DNA from: an uncultured Chthonomonadaceae bacterium
GTDB taxonomy: Bacteria > Armatimonadota > Chthonomonadetes > Chthonomonadales > Chthonomonadaceae
Direction of reading: 5' to 3'
Assembly: GCA_963817895.1 (NCBI GenBank)
Contig: CAWFQB010000006.1
Span: 192,001-256,000, forward strand
DNA length: 64,000 nt
Shown: positions 10,627 through 20,020 of the stretch, piece by piece
Layout: every line of letters starts with the position of its first letter
How positions within the stretch are numbered: the stretch's first letter is position 1
Made by a program: the position numbers and the translations under genes
Notes under the pieces: generated by a model
Database searches by the model: none
The model's input: the letters and a program-made list of their open reading frames with translations, nothing else
What the model was told of the DNA's origin: nothing

Positions 10627-11613
10627 CTATACCATGTCGGCGACTGCCGTAATGGTTCGCGTGATGGTACGGCGGGCGAGTTCCACTTTGAAACCGTTGT
10701 ACTTGTATTTTTTCGCGCCATGCAGGGCCATATCCGCCGCCATCTTATATGAGGCTTCGTTCGCGGGCTTGCCAATCAGAGCCTTTTCCGCGTCTACTGC
10801 CCGCCAGGGCTTGTGCGCCACGCCGCCCATAACAAGGCGGCAATGCTGAATTTTGCCGTTTTGGACATCGAGAGCCGCCGCGACGGATACGAGCGCGAAC
10901 GCGTAACTGGCTCGGTCACGAACCTTGATATAGCGTGAATGGGCAGCCCAGGGCATAACCGGAAGTTCGACATGCGTAATCAGTTCGCCGTGTTCCAGCA
11001 AAGTTTCAATGTGGGGCGTGTCACCCGGCAGCAGATGAAACTCGCTGACGGGGATACGCCGAACCCCCTTTGGCCCCTGCGTCACGACTACGGCATCCAG
11101 CGCGTACATGGCAACCGCCATATCGGAGGGGTGGGTTGCGATACACTTGTTGCTCGTTCCCAAAATGGCGTGAATACGGTTATAACCTTCGAGGGCGGAG
11201 CAGCCGGAGCCGGGTTCGCGCTTGTTGCAGGGCGTGGCGGTATCGCGGAAATAGTAGCAGCGCGTTCGCTGCAACAGATTGCCGCCCGTTGTCGCCATGT
11301 TGCGCAATTGCGCCGACGCGCCCGCGAGGATGGCTTCCGAAAGCACGGGATAGTTTTTAAGAATGATTGGGTCATGCGCGAGGTCGGAGTTTCGAACCAG
11401 GGTTCCGATGCGGACGCCCCCATCCGGCAATGTTTCAATCCGGTTGAGCGCAAGCCCGTTGACATCCACCATTCGCAGGGGAGTCTGCACGTTCAGTTTA
11501 TAGTTGTCAAGCAGGTTGGTTCCGCCCGCCAGAAACTCTGCCTGAGGGTTGCCGGAAACTTCCGCTACCGCGCCCTCAGCGTCCGTCGGACGGATGTAGG
11601 AAAATGGCTGCAT
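10627..11613 (-). CDS. Xanthine dehydrogenase family FAD-binding subunit (YagS/PaoB-like)
   Basis: LAGGTNLLD, QLRNMATTGGNLLQRTRCYYF, CNKR...C 4Fe-4S insert, KVRDRASYAFALVS. Confidence 0.95.
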   Translation of the reverse strand: MQPFSYIRPTDAEGAVAEVSGNPQAEFLAGGTNLLDNYKLNVQTPLRMVDVNGLALNRIETLPDGGVRIGTLVRNSDLAHDPIILKNYPVLSEAILAGASAQLRNMATTGGNLLQRTRCYYFRDTATPCNKREPGSGCSALEGYNRIHAILGTSNKCIATHPSDMAVAMYALDAVVVTQGPKGVRRIPVSEFHLLPGDTPHIETLLEHGELITHVELPVMPWAAHSRYIKVRDRASYAFALVSVAAALDVQNGKIQHCRLVMGGVAHKPWRAVDAEKALIGKPANEASYKMAADMALHGAKKYKYNGFKVELARRTITRTITAVADMV

Positions 11614-11615
11614 GG

Positions 11616-12464
11616 CTAAAGTTTTCCTTCCTGAGCAGCGTGCTGAATGTAATTCTGAGCGGAAGCGGCGACGCTCTGCGCCGTTTCGACCCCGGCAGGA
11701 CGAGCGCGGTTGGCCTGTTTGTTCTTCTCGTCCATCACGCTTTTAATGGCGGCCACGATGTTGATATACGCGCCGCAGCGACAGATATTGCCGCTCATCT
11801 GTTCCCGAATGTCGGCATCCGTTTTGGCGCGTCCCTCGTTGACAACCGCAACGGCGGACATAATCTGGCCGGGAGTACAATAGCCGCACTGAAAACCGTC
11901 ATGGGCGATAAACGCGGACTGCATGGGGTGCAGGTTCTCGCCCTCCGCCAACCCCTCAATCGTGGTAATCTTCTGGTTTTGGTGCATGATGGCGAGCGTC
12001 AGGCAACTGTTGACGCGCCTGCCGTCAATGTGAACGGTACACGCGCCGCACTGTCCGTGATCGCATCCTTTTTTCGTGCCGGTCATGCGCAGGCGTTCGC
12101 GCAGGGCGTCCAGCAGGGTGACGCGCGGCTCGACGGATAGCATCTGTTCCTTTCCATTGATGTTGAGCGTGATATTGACCGGGGGTACGGCAGGGGCGAG
12201 TTCGCGAACGGGCGCGGTTGTGATAGCGGCCCCGGCTTCGGTTTCCAGCAGCAGAGGCGCGACTGCCAGCGCTGCGCTGACACCCGCCGTGCCTGCGATA
12301 AATTCGCGGCGCGAGGGCGCAGAGGCAGAAGTTGTATTCGCGTCCGGCTTCAAATCCAGAATGTGGGGGCGCGCGTTCGCGTATTCCGCTGCCGTCGTAT
12401 CTAACGGCAATTCTGTCGTGTTTTCTTTGGGTTCTTTCAAGAGAAACCTCCGCGTTGGCTGCAA
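11616..12464 (-). CDS. 2Fe-2S subunit with Tat signal (YagT/PaoA-like); start uncertain
   Basis: SRREFIAG twin-arginine motif plus hydrophobic stretch; GTKKGCDHGQCGACT, FQCGYCTPG, GNICRCGAY. Confidence 0.93.
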   Translation of the reverse strand: MQPTRRFLLKEPKENTTELPLDTTAAEYANARPHILDLKPDANTTSASAPSRREFIAGTAGVSAALAVAPLLLETEAGAAITTAPVRELAPAVPPVNITLNINGKEQMLSVEPRVTLLDALRERLRMTGTKKGCDHGQCGACTVHIDGRRVNSCLTLAIMHQNQKITTIEGLAEGENLHPMQSAFIAHDGFQCGYCTPGQIMSAVAVVNEGRAKTDADIREQMSGNICRCGAYINIVAAIKSVMDEKNKQANRARPAGVETAQSVAASAQNYIQHAAQEGKL

Positions 12465-12670
12465 AAAGCCGTAATGCTAAAATCGTTGAAATTTAGTGCG
12501 CAGTGGGTTCAGAGGAGTAGGTTCTGCGTCAGGATAATGCCTGTTTTCAGACTTACGCATGGTAAAAGAGTTTGGTTCATCAGCGGCGACGCATATATGC
12601 GGAAATACGCCGCAAGGCAGAGGCGCGATTTCTGCTCACACTGTCAGGCGCAAAAATGATATAATAGACT

Positions 12671-13666
12671 ATGAGGCGATTATTTTTTATCTGGCGTTGC
12701 GTACTGGCGATTCCCGGCATAGCCCTGTTGCTGACAAGCGCGTTCCTGCTGGGAACCGGCGTTTTCGGAACGTGGCGGTTTATTCTGGGGTTGGTGTTTC
12801 ATCTTGTCGGGCAGGCTTGCTGTATCGGGTCATTGTGCCTGCCCGTCTGGTGGCAGGCCAGGCGTATTCGGCAGGAATCGTGGGCTTCGGGGCTATCGGC
12901 TTTTCAGTCCAACGCCATCCGGTCGGCGCGTTTTCGTCCCGAAGCGCAGATCGTTCGCCTGCTGTGCGGGGCGGCATTTTGCATCCTGATGGCGATCTGG
13001 CTGGCAGCCGGGGCATGGGGCCTGCGGAACCTGTTGCGCCTGCGAACCGGGGGCGTTATCACCAACGCGGCGATTACCGGCACGTCGTTCCGCGAGGCGG
13101 GCGCGATGCTGACCGTGACGTATGCGTTTCCGGTTCCCGGCAGTCTGCCCGTGACGGACACGTTTCGCGCGCCCCGCAATCTGTTGCCGACTTTGCGCAC
13201 AGGCAATCTGCTGCCCGTCACGTATCTGCCTGCCGACCCGTCCGTACACGCCTGGCAGCGCGTGGACAATGCGTTTGTCGCGCGACATTGTCTATCGGGC
13301 ATGGCGGTCTTTGCCGCGCTTGTGGCGTATGCGGGTGTGCCACTGTTATGGGCTGAAAGGCGTATGCGCCGCCAACTCCGTTTGGCGCGGGTGGGCGTGG
13401 GCGTCACGGGAGCGATTGTGGTTTGCAGGCCGCTGTTGTGGCGCAAAATTCGGCGCGGTTATCTGCTGACCTACTCCTTTGCCACTCCCGACCGCCGCGT
13501 GTTTTTCGGACGGGCTTTAGTTCCGTACCTTGCCGACGAGCCGACTCTGCCCGGTTTTCCCCTGACCGTGCTTTACGACCCTGTTTATCCCGGCATCAGC
13601 CTGCCTCTGGCCGCGTTTCATGTGGTGGAGATAGCAAACGCGCGCAAAATGGTTTTAGCGGCGTAA
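12671..13666 (+). CDS. Membrane protein with two DUF3592-like domains
   Basis: Several TM helices; two V/LTY(A/S)F...V(T/L)Y(L/D)PxxP segments. Confidence 0.65.
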   Translation: MRRLFFIWRCVLAIPGIALLLTSAFLLGTGVFGTWRFILGLVFHLVGQACCIGSLCLPVWWQARRIRQESWASGLSAFQSNAIRSARFRPEAQIVRLLCGAAFCILMAIWLAAGAWGLRNLLRLRTGGVITNAAITGTSFREAGAMLTVTYAFPVPGSLPVTDTFRAPRNLLPTLRTGNLLPVTYLPADPSVHAWQRVDNAFVARHCLSGMAVFAALVAYAGVPLLWAERRMRRQLRLARVGVGVTGAIVVCRPLLWRKIRRGYLLTYSFATPDRRVFFGRALVPYLADEPTLPGFPLTVLYDPVYPGISLPLAAFHVVEIANARKMVLAA

Positions 13667-13668
13667 TA

Positions 13669-13714
13669 GCCCTCAACCCCTGCGCCTTCTCCCAAAAAAG
13701 CCTGGGAGAAGGGG
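13669..13714. repeat. CCCTC...CTTCTCCC-loop-GGGAGAAGGGG palindromic repeat, copy 1
   Basis: gccctcaacccctgcgccttctcccaaaaaagcctgggagaagggg; near-identical copies at 37892 and 38097. Confidence 0.85.
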
Positions 13715-13830
13715 AACCTGTTAAGCAGGAACAACGGCCTCAACGATAGAAACAAAGGGCAACACTCTTATAGAAGATTGCCCTTTGTTTTCGTTTGGCT
13801 GGTTATCTTGCTATTCAGGAGGAGTTTACA

Positions 13831-14385
13831 ATGTTGAAGGGCGAACGTTTGATTTTGCGGGCGTGGGAACGGGACGATTTGCCGCGCATGCATGAGTTTT
13901 CCAACGATCTGGAAGTGGAATTGTTGGGCGGAGGCGATGCGCCGAAACCCCGTTCTCGCGAACAGATAACCGCCCGGTTTGAAGAGATGATGAAAGGGGA
14001 TAAATCCCATCATCGCGAACTTGGGGATTTCATTATTGAGGCGGATGGCAAAGTGATCGGCCATTGCGGATTGTGGCGTTTTGACGCGACGGCTGCCACC
14101 TGCGCGCTGGGCATCGGTATCGGCGACCGGGAATATTGGAGCAAACACTACGGGCGCGAAGCCATCGGCCTGCTGCTGGATTACGCTTTCCGGGTTCACA
14201 ATCTGCGCCGCGTCTGGCTGGACACGTCGAGCGCGAACGAACGCGCCCTGAAATGCTATCTCGCCTGTGGCTTCGTGGAGGAGGGGCGTTTGCGCCGGCA
14301 CGACTGGAACAACGGGCAGTACGTAGACCGGGTGTACATGGGCATTATGCGCGAGGAGTACCTCAACCCCGACCCGTCGTTGTAA
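13831..14385 (+). CDS. GNAT N-acetyltransferase, RimJ/RimL family
   Basis: AGGAGG RBS; MLKGERLILR, IGIGDREYWSKHYGREA, NERALKCYLACGFVEEGRLR. Confidence 0.92.
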   Translation: MLKGERLILRAWERDDLPRMHEFSNDLEVELLGGGDAPKPRSREQITARFEEMMKGDKSHHRELGDFIIEADGKVIGHCGLWRFDATAATCALGIGIGDREYWSKHYGREAIGLLLDYAFRVHNLRRVWLDTSSANERALKCYLACGFVEEGRLRRHDWNNGQYVDRVYMGIMREEYLNPDPSL

Positions 14386-15148
14386 TACTACTGATAGCCG
14401 TGACCGCTTTGCCGATGAACATATCTACATCATGCAGAAGACCGTTGGTTTGCTTCAGAGACACCGGCCCGTATAGCTGTCCACTCACAACAGTATCTAC
14501 AGGAATAGAGTAGAAACACGCGACAAATTCTGTATAATCTATGGCATTGGTTTGAACATATTTTGGATTTGCCTTTGCCGTATCGAATTCATGTACGATG
14601 AAGACGGCAAGGGGCGCGTTGTCTTCGGCTGCCTGTAATGTCGTTCCCGCCATTCCGGTCAGCAGTTGATACCGCAGACTGCTCCAGGGTAATTGATCCG
14701 GCTTCGCGCTTGCGCCGAACACGATTTTCAGCAAAGCATCAATTCTTTCGGGAACTTTGCTATTGGGTGAACTCGCTATACCTTTCTTCAAACGAGCTTC
14801 AATTGTGTCGCCGAACGGCTCGTCTACTTTGGCTTCCACGCACACAACGGTTGCCTCATTGCTGACCTGCCCTTTGAGCATTAAGTCGTGGTTGCGGCCC
14901 TCCCCGCGTTGTGGCAACTTTGTTACGCGCTCAGGATAGCCTTCGCTGAACGCCATGCCTGATGTTCGCGCATGTGTCGCCAGCAGTGCCTCCACTTCTT
15001 TGGGGATATTGGGCGTGGAGGAAGTAAACCACGCCCGCGCCAGTTCCATCGCGCTACGTCCCGCTTTCCAGTGTTCCGGCTTTTTGGGCCGCGTCCAGTC
15101 ATCCATACTGTTGATAACTTGCTTCGTATTGAAGTTTTTCAGCATCAT
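14363..15148 (-). CDS. DUF6946-like protein, putative PD-(D/E)XK nuclease fold
   Basis: HWKAGRSAMELARAW, GRNHDLML...VCVEAKVDEPF, LRYQLLT; family assigned from recalled motifs. Confidence 0.7.
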   Translation of the reverse strand: MMLKNFNTKQVINSMDDWTRPKKPEHWKAGRSAMELARAWFTSSTPNIPKEVEALLATHARTSGMAFSEGYPERVTKLPQRGEGRNHDLMLKGQVSNEATVVCVEAKVDEPFGDTIEARLKKGIASSPNSKVPERIDALLKIVFGASAKPDQLPWSSLRYQLLTGMAGTTLQAAEDNAPLAVFIVHEFDTAKANPKYVQTNAIDYTEFVACFYSIPVDTVVSGQLYGPVSLKQTNGLLHDVDMFIGKAVTAISSITTTGRG

Positions 15149-15178
15149 TGGCGTTCTCCTGAACTTGTGGTGGGGATT

Positions 15179-15637
15179 TCAAAAGCTGCTATGGGGATGC
15201 GTCAACAACTGGATTTCTGCGCCGGTCACGCCCTGAGTCTGTACATGCGTTTCAATCAGGTTCCAGATGTCGCCGGGAAGGGAACTGCTGCTGATCGCCT
15301 CGGAAAGCGGCCACAACAGCATGAACAGCGCCCAGGGCGTGACCAGCAGGCTGATCAAACCCCAAAAGGCGGCATGTTTGGCCTCATCCGAACTGATCCA
15401 CTGGCGCTGTCCCATTGTGACCACAACTCCCGGCTCTCCCTCTTTGGTTCGGGCGATGCCGACTGTGACCGCGTGACGAATTTTGGCGGGCGTGTTGCCC
15501 TCTCCGATCTGCACCAGAACCGTATCGCCCTGCCCAATCTGTTGTGCCTGCAAATCCGGTTGCGGGTCGTAGGTGGCGATTAGAGTGGCGGCCAGTTCTT
15601 CGGGAGAAACGGAGCCGCGATAGATGCGCTGTTCCAT
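15179..15637 (-). CDS. Hypothetical membrane protein
   Basis: 152-aa ORF, AAGGA RBS, one hydrophobic segment. Confidence 0.7.
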   Translation of the reverse strand: MEQRIYRGSVSPEELAATLIATYDPQPDLQAQQIGQGDTVLVQIGEGNTPAKIRHAVTVGIARTKEGEPGVVVTMGQRQWISSDEAKHAAFWGLISLLVTPWALFMLLWPLSEAISSSSLPGDIWNLIETHVQTQGVTGAEIQLLTHPHSSF

Positions 15638-15739
15638 AATATCCTTTCAGGAGAGGAAAACAGAATTTGAGACACTGCAAGGGATATTCGCTATTCCGTC
15701 TCTATCTTCCTGCCAACACCAGACGCGCATTTCGATTAG

Positions 15740-15830
15740 CTACTTGCAGCGCATGGTGACGGCCTGATCCGCGTTCATGGCATAGCCCTGCGCCCACGCC
15801 TGCTCGTACTCCTGATCGCCTGATTCCGCC
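15740..15830 (-). pseudogene. Short remnant resembling the C-terminus of ATPase/TPR regulators
   Basis: Minus strand reads GDQEYEQAWAQGYAMNADQAVTM, similar to the AWAEGRAMxxEQAV tail; no start or upstream ORF. Confidence 0.4.
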
Positions 15831-16044
15831 GCGCAGTTCGGCCAGTTGCTACCCATGCGTTTCCCGTATGGGTGTCGCTGATCCGCAGATACGAGATGCC
15901 TTTTTACCTGTTGAGGAACTGAAAAAGAAGTAGCCTGCCCGATGTGTTCAACTACTTCTGCGCCGCCTGTTCGTCACGCGCAGCGCGTTCGCATATAATA
16001 TCAGCCACAATCCTGCCCATACGGATTGTGGCTGTTTGCTGCGT

Positions 16045-16180
16045 TAGACAACGGAATGAATTCCTTTGCTACGGGCGTTCCGCCAATTGTCCTTCGGACA
16101 AAACTCTCTTGTGGTAGACTCTCGTGTCCGCAGGACACTTAGCCGCAGGCTCATAGCAACGGAATGAATTCCGTTGCTAT
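16045..16180. repeat. REP-like palindrome doublet
   Basis: tagacaacggaatgaattcctttgctac (16045-16072) and atagcaacggaatgaattccgttgctat (16153-16180). Confidence 0.8.
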
Positions 16181-16228
16181 CCAAAGGGACAACACGATTA
16201 CTCTGTTAAATCTGCCAGGGCAGTAGGC

Positions 16229-16567
16229 TCAGGCGACGGCGTATCCGGTATGCGGACGCACATCTACGGGGTGAAAGGCCGGTACAATGTCCGATTTCGG
16301 GACGCCCGCCGCTTCAATCGTATAGCCCACGCCGTCTTCGGTATTGTCGCGTTGAATCCAAATCTTTTCGTTGAGGATATCTATGTGCGCGAGGCAAAAG
16401 TGGACGCGGCGAACCTGCGTTTCCCATCCAACCGTCATTACGAGGTAGCGGTCATTCGTCTCATCGAAGACAGCCTCATGCTTCATTTCCGGGTTGGAAT
16501 ATTTGAAGTCGGCAATTTCCGTCAGGACTTCACGGACAATGCGACGATAGCGTTCTAATTTCTCCAT
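16229..16567 (-). CDS. xisI: XisI-family protein
   Basis: MEKLERYRRIV...FDETNDRYLVMTVGWE...HIDILNEKIWIQRDNTEDGV...GVPKSDIV.AFHP...TGYAVA. Confidence 0.9.
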   Translation of the reverse strand: MEKLERYRRIVREVLTEIADFKYSNPEMKHEAVFDETNDRYLVMTVGWETQVRRVHFCLAHIDILNEKIWIQRDNTEDGVGYTIEAAGVPKSDIVPAFHPVDVRPHTGYAVA

Positions 16568-16584
16568 TGGATAGTTTTCTCTTC

Positions 16585-17181
16585 TCAGCGCAGCATAGAG
16601 CAGATGATGCCGACGATCTTTTCCGGGTACGCCAGATAGTACAGGTCGCCGTCAATCGTTGCTTCAGTTCCCTGAAGGCGCAGGAATTTCCAGTCCGTGC
16701 CGGTTGTTACACATCCGTACAGCGTGTTTATCGGTTTCCCCGCCCTGTCGTTGAAAATCTGCGCGGCGATGAGTTCGGCAAGGCACTGCGGAATGCCTTT
16801 GAGAATATCTTCCTTCTTCGCTTCCACCACGGAAACTACCGGAGCCTCTATCTCTATCGTGAGCGGCGAAAGGCTGAACAGGAAATCGCAATAACCAATC
16901 AGCCCTTTGTTTTGGTCTACGTTGAATTCCGTGCCGGAAAAGAGATTGGCGCGTTCGCGCGTTTGCTGATAAACCTCGGCGAGAATGGGCGCGATGAGAT
17001 ACTCGGAACGCGCCTTTTCCGAATTGCCGCGCAGGGCAAGCCCGGAGTTTTGCGCCAGTGTTTGCCGCAGCAGGTCGGAAATGGGAGAGGACGGCGCATC
17101 GGCGAAAAGTCCGGCCTGTTCGGTGACTTGCAGGCCAAAGCGCGTTTTCAACTGAACGGTTGTGAACTTGTTGTAGGCCAT
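16585..17181 (-). CDS. Restriction-endonuclease-like PD-(D/E)XK protein, paralog 1
   Basis: SEKARSE..IAPIL, GYCDF...VVEAKKED, QCLAELIAAQIFN, YGCVTTGTDWKFL. Confidence 0.8.
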   Translation of the reverse strand: MAYNKFTTVQLKTRFGLQVTEQAGLFADAPSSPISDLLRQTLAQNSGLALRGNSEKARSEYLIAPILAEVYQQTRERANLFSGTEFNVDQNKGLIGYCDFLFSLSPLTIEIEAPVVSVVEAKKEDILKGIPQCLAELIAAQIFNDRAGKPINTLYGCVTTGTDWKFLRLQGTEATIDGDLYYLAYPEKIVGIICSMLR

Positions 17182-17264
17182 ACAGCGCGTTTCTCCGTAC
17201 GGTGGGGAATGGAGTATTTCAGTCGTCCTTTAGGGTTGTAAAAATACAGGTTCCCGAACGGCGC

Positions 17265-17289
17265 GTAGGGGCAAACCCTGTGTTTGCCC
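17265..17289 (+). repeat. GTAG-type REP element
   Basis: GTAG followed by the palindrome GGGCAAAC-cctgt-GTTTGCCC. Confidence 0.8.
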
Positions 17290-17293
17290 GAAC

Positions 17294-17890
17294 TTAGCGC
17301 AGCATTGCGAGAACGATGCCGACAATCTTTTCTACGTTGTCGAGGTAGTACAGGTCGGTATCAATCGTTGCTTCAGTTCCCTGAAGGCGCAGGAATTTCC
17401 AGTCCGTGCCGGTTGTTACACATCCGTACAGCGTGTCTATTGGTTTTCCCGCCCTGTCGTTGAAAATCTGCGCGGCGATGAGTTCGGCAAGGCATTGTGG
17501 GACTCCCGCAGGTATATCTTCCTTTTTCGCTTCGACAACGGAGATGATAGGAGCCTGTACCGTTGTTTTGCGCGGCGCGAGAGTAAACAGAAAATCGCAG
17601 AAACCGGCAAGTCCGCGCTTTTTATCCACGTCGAACTGAATACCGGAGAAAAAATTGGCGCGGTCACGGGACTGCTCATAAACCTCGATAAGAATGGGCG
17701 TAATGAGGAGTTCGGAACGGGCCTTTTCCGAGCCGCTACGCAGAGCCACCTCGGTTTGTTTTGCCAGTGTTTGACGAAGCCAATCGGAAACCGCTGCGGG
17801 GGGCGCGTCAGCAAAAAGTCCGGCCTGCTCCGTATCTTCTATTTGGTACTCCTCTTGCAACTGAACCGTAGTGAACTTGTTGTAGGCCAT
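17294..17890 (-). CDS. Restriction-endonuclease-like PD-(D/E)XK protein, paralog 2
   Basis: Same motifs as 16585-17181; identical MAYNKFTTVQL start. Confidence 0.8.
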   Translation of the reverse strand: MAYNKFTTVQLQEEYQIEDTEQAGLFADAPPAAVSDWLRQTLAKQTEVALRSGSEKARSELLITPILIEVYEQSRDRANFFSGIQFDVDKKRGLAGFCDFLFTLAPRKTTVQAPIISVVEAKKEDIPAGVPQCLAELIAAQIFNDRAGKPIDTLYGCVTTGTDWKFLRLQGTEATIDTDLYYLDNVEKIVGIVLAMLR

Positions 17891-18088
17891 AATGCGTGTT
17901 CCCCCGTCAAGCGGAAAGTAAAGCATTTTAGTATACCCCACAAGCGGAATGACAAACTTGCAGGTATCTTCATTGATTTTCCTGATCCGCCTTACGGGGC
18001 AGGAAGAAAGCTGTTTTGCGCAGAACCATACGAACGTACTCTGAAATTGCTTTGATATGGAAAGTTTGCATTGGAAAGGAACCGTTCG

Positions 18089-19841
18089 ATGCCGAGCCAG
18101 TTCACGCCTGCCGGGGGCGCGTTTTTAATAGAAACTACGGATGCCGAGCAGGTCTTTATTCCCGAACACTTTACTGCGGAAGACCTGCTCATCGGCAAGA
18201 CGGCGGAGGAGTTTCTGAACAACGAAGTTCAGCCGCATGTCGAGAACGAATTGAGAGTGGCGACCACGACCTGATGCGCGACCTGATGCGCAAAGCGGGC
18301 GAATTGGGATTGCTGGGCGCGGATGTGCCGGAAGCGTATGGCGGATTGGGACTGCCGCAAACAACGTGCGCCCTGATTGCCGAAAAATTGAACCCGCAGC
18401 AGTCGTTCGCGCTCACGCACGAGGCGCATACCGTCATCGCCACTCTGCCGCTGCTGTTCTTCGGCAGCCATGAACAGAAACAAAAGTATCTGCCCAAACT
18501 GGCAAGCGGGGAATGGGTAGGCAGTTTCGCGCTGAGTGAGGCCAATTCCGGTTCGGACGCGCTGGCGATGCAGACGCGGGCGACCCTTGCGCCGGACGGC
18601 AGCCACTACGCGCTCAACGGCGAAAAAATGTGGATTACCAATTCGGCCTTTGCCGGCCTGTTTACCGTATTTGCCCGCGTGAAGGTCAATGCGGAGGATA
18701 AAATCGGCGTGTTTCTGGTGGAGCGGGATACGCTGGGATTGGGTTTCGGCAAGGAAGAACATAAATTGGGGATGCACGGCACCTCCACGCGCCGGGTGAT
18801 TCTCAACGACGTTCAGGTTCCCGCCGCAAACGCTTTTGGCATCGGGCAGGGGCATTACGCCGCGTTTTGCGCCCTCAACATGGGTCGCTTCAAATTGGAA
18901 GCGGGCGCGGTCGGTGGCTTGAAATATTTGCTTTCTATCTGCGCGAAATACGCCGCGCAGCGCAAAACGTTTGGACGCCCGATTGCCGAATATGGCCTGA
19001 TACAGCATAAACTGGCGGAAATGGCCGCCCGAACGTTCGCGCTGGAAAGCATGGTGTACCGTCTTGCCGGGGATATGGAACGCGCATTCGCCCCGATTGT
19101 TCCCGACGCGCCCGACGCTTCGCTTCAGTACCATCGCGCTTCGGAAGAGTACGCAATTGAGTGCAGCATTGTGAAAGTGATCGGTTCGGAAACCTATTCC
19201 AGCATGGCGGACGAGGCCATTCAGATACACGGCGGGTATGGCTACACGGAGGAATTCCCGGTCGCCCGCGCCTGGCGCGATCAGCGTTTGTTGCGCATCG
19301 GAGAGGGCGCGAACGAGATCGTCCGTCTGGCGATTGTCAACACCCTCCTGCGCCGCGACAAAGCCGGTCGCCTGCCGATTTTGACTGCCACTCCAACCGG
19401 GCAAGCGCAGACTGCCGCCGCTTCCGAACCTTTACAGGGCTTGTGGCGGGCGGCGGAGTATTTCAAACTGTTGGGCGTTACCATGCTGCAAACCGCGCAA
19501 AGCGACATGGGAAGCGAGTTAGCCGAAGCGCAGGAAATATCGGCTGCGATTGCGGATGTGGTTTGTTCCGCGTATGCGCTGGAAAGCATTGCCCTGCGCT
19601 GTACTCTGCTGCAAACCGCCAATCATGTTCATTACGACGCCGCGCTTGCCGCCGCGCAGGTCGCGCGTATAACTACACCAATGAAGCGATCCATGCCGCG
19701 CAATATTTTGCGGACAGCGCATCCGCCTCACCTCATGTATTTAGTCACCAGCCGGGAGAAGTAATGAAGTTCGGCAATCCCATGCAGTAGCGGCGTGACC
19801 TTGCGGCGCGTGTACTGGAAGCGGGCGGCTATCCGGTCTGA
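18089..19841 (+). CDS. Acyl-CoA dehydrogenase (long FadE type), frameshifted near both ends
   Basis: GGAFLIE...FIPEHF, FALSEANSGSDA, LNGEKMWITN, EHKLGMHGTST, IQIHGGYGY, RIGEGANEI; tail RRDLAARVLEAGGYPV*. Confidence 0.9.
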
Positions 19842-20020
19842 AAGGCGGCAATTTCCGATACCGAACGCAAATACCGTAATTTTTCGGAAATACAGCGAAC
19901 AACCCGCCGTTTGTGCCACAATAGAGGAAGATGTTGTAGGTTAACCAAAATGGAAGGTCGGCCCATGCTCTGTTGTGGCCCAATTCCATTGCGGAATGAA
20001 AGCGGAAGGAAACAGGAAGC

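Noticed and set aside
16652..17494. Diversity-generating retroelement TR/VR pair
   Set aside because: There are only three transitions, in both directions; both copies are coding; no reverse transcriptase is in the window.
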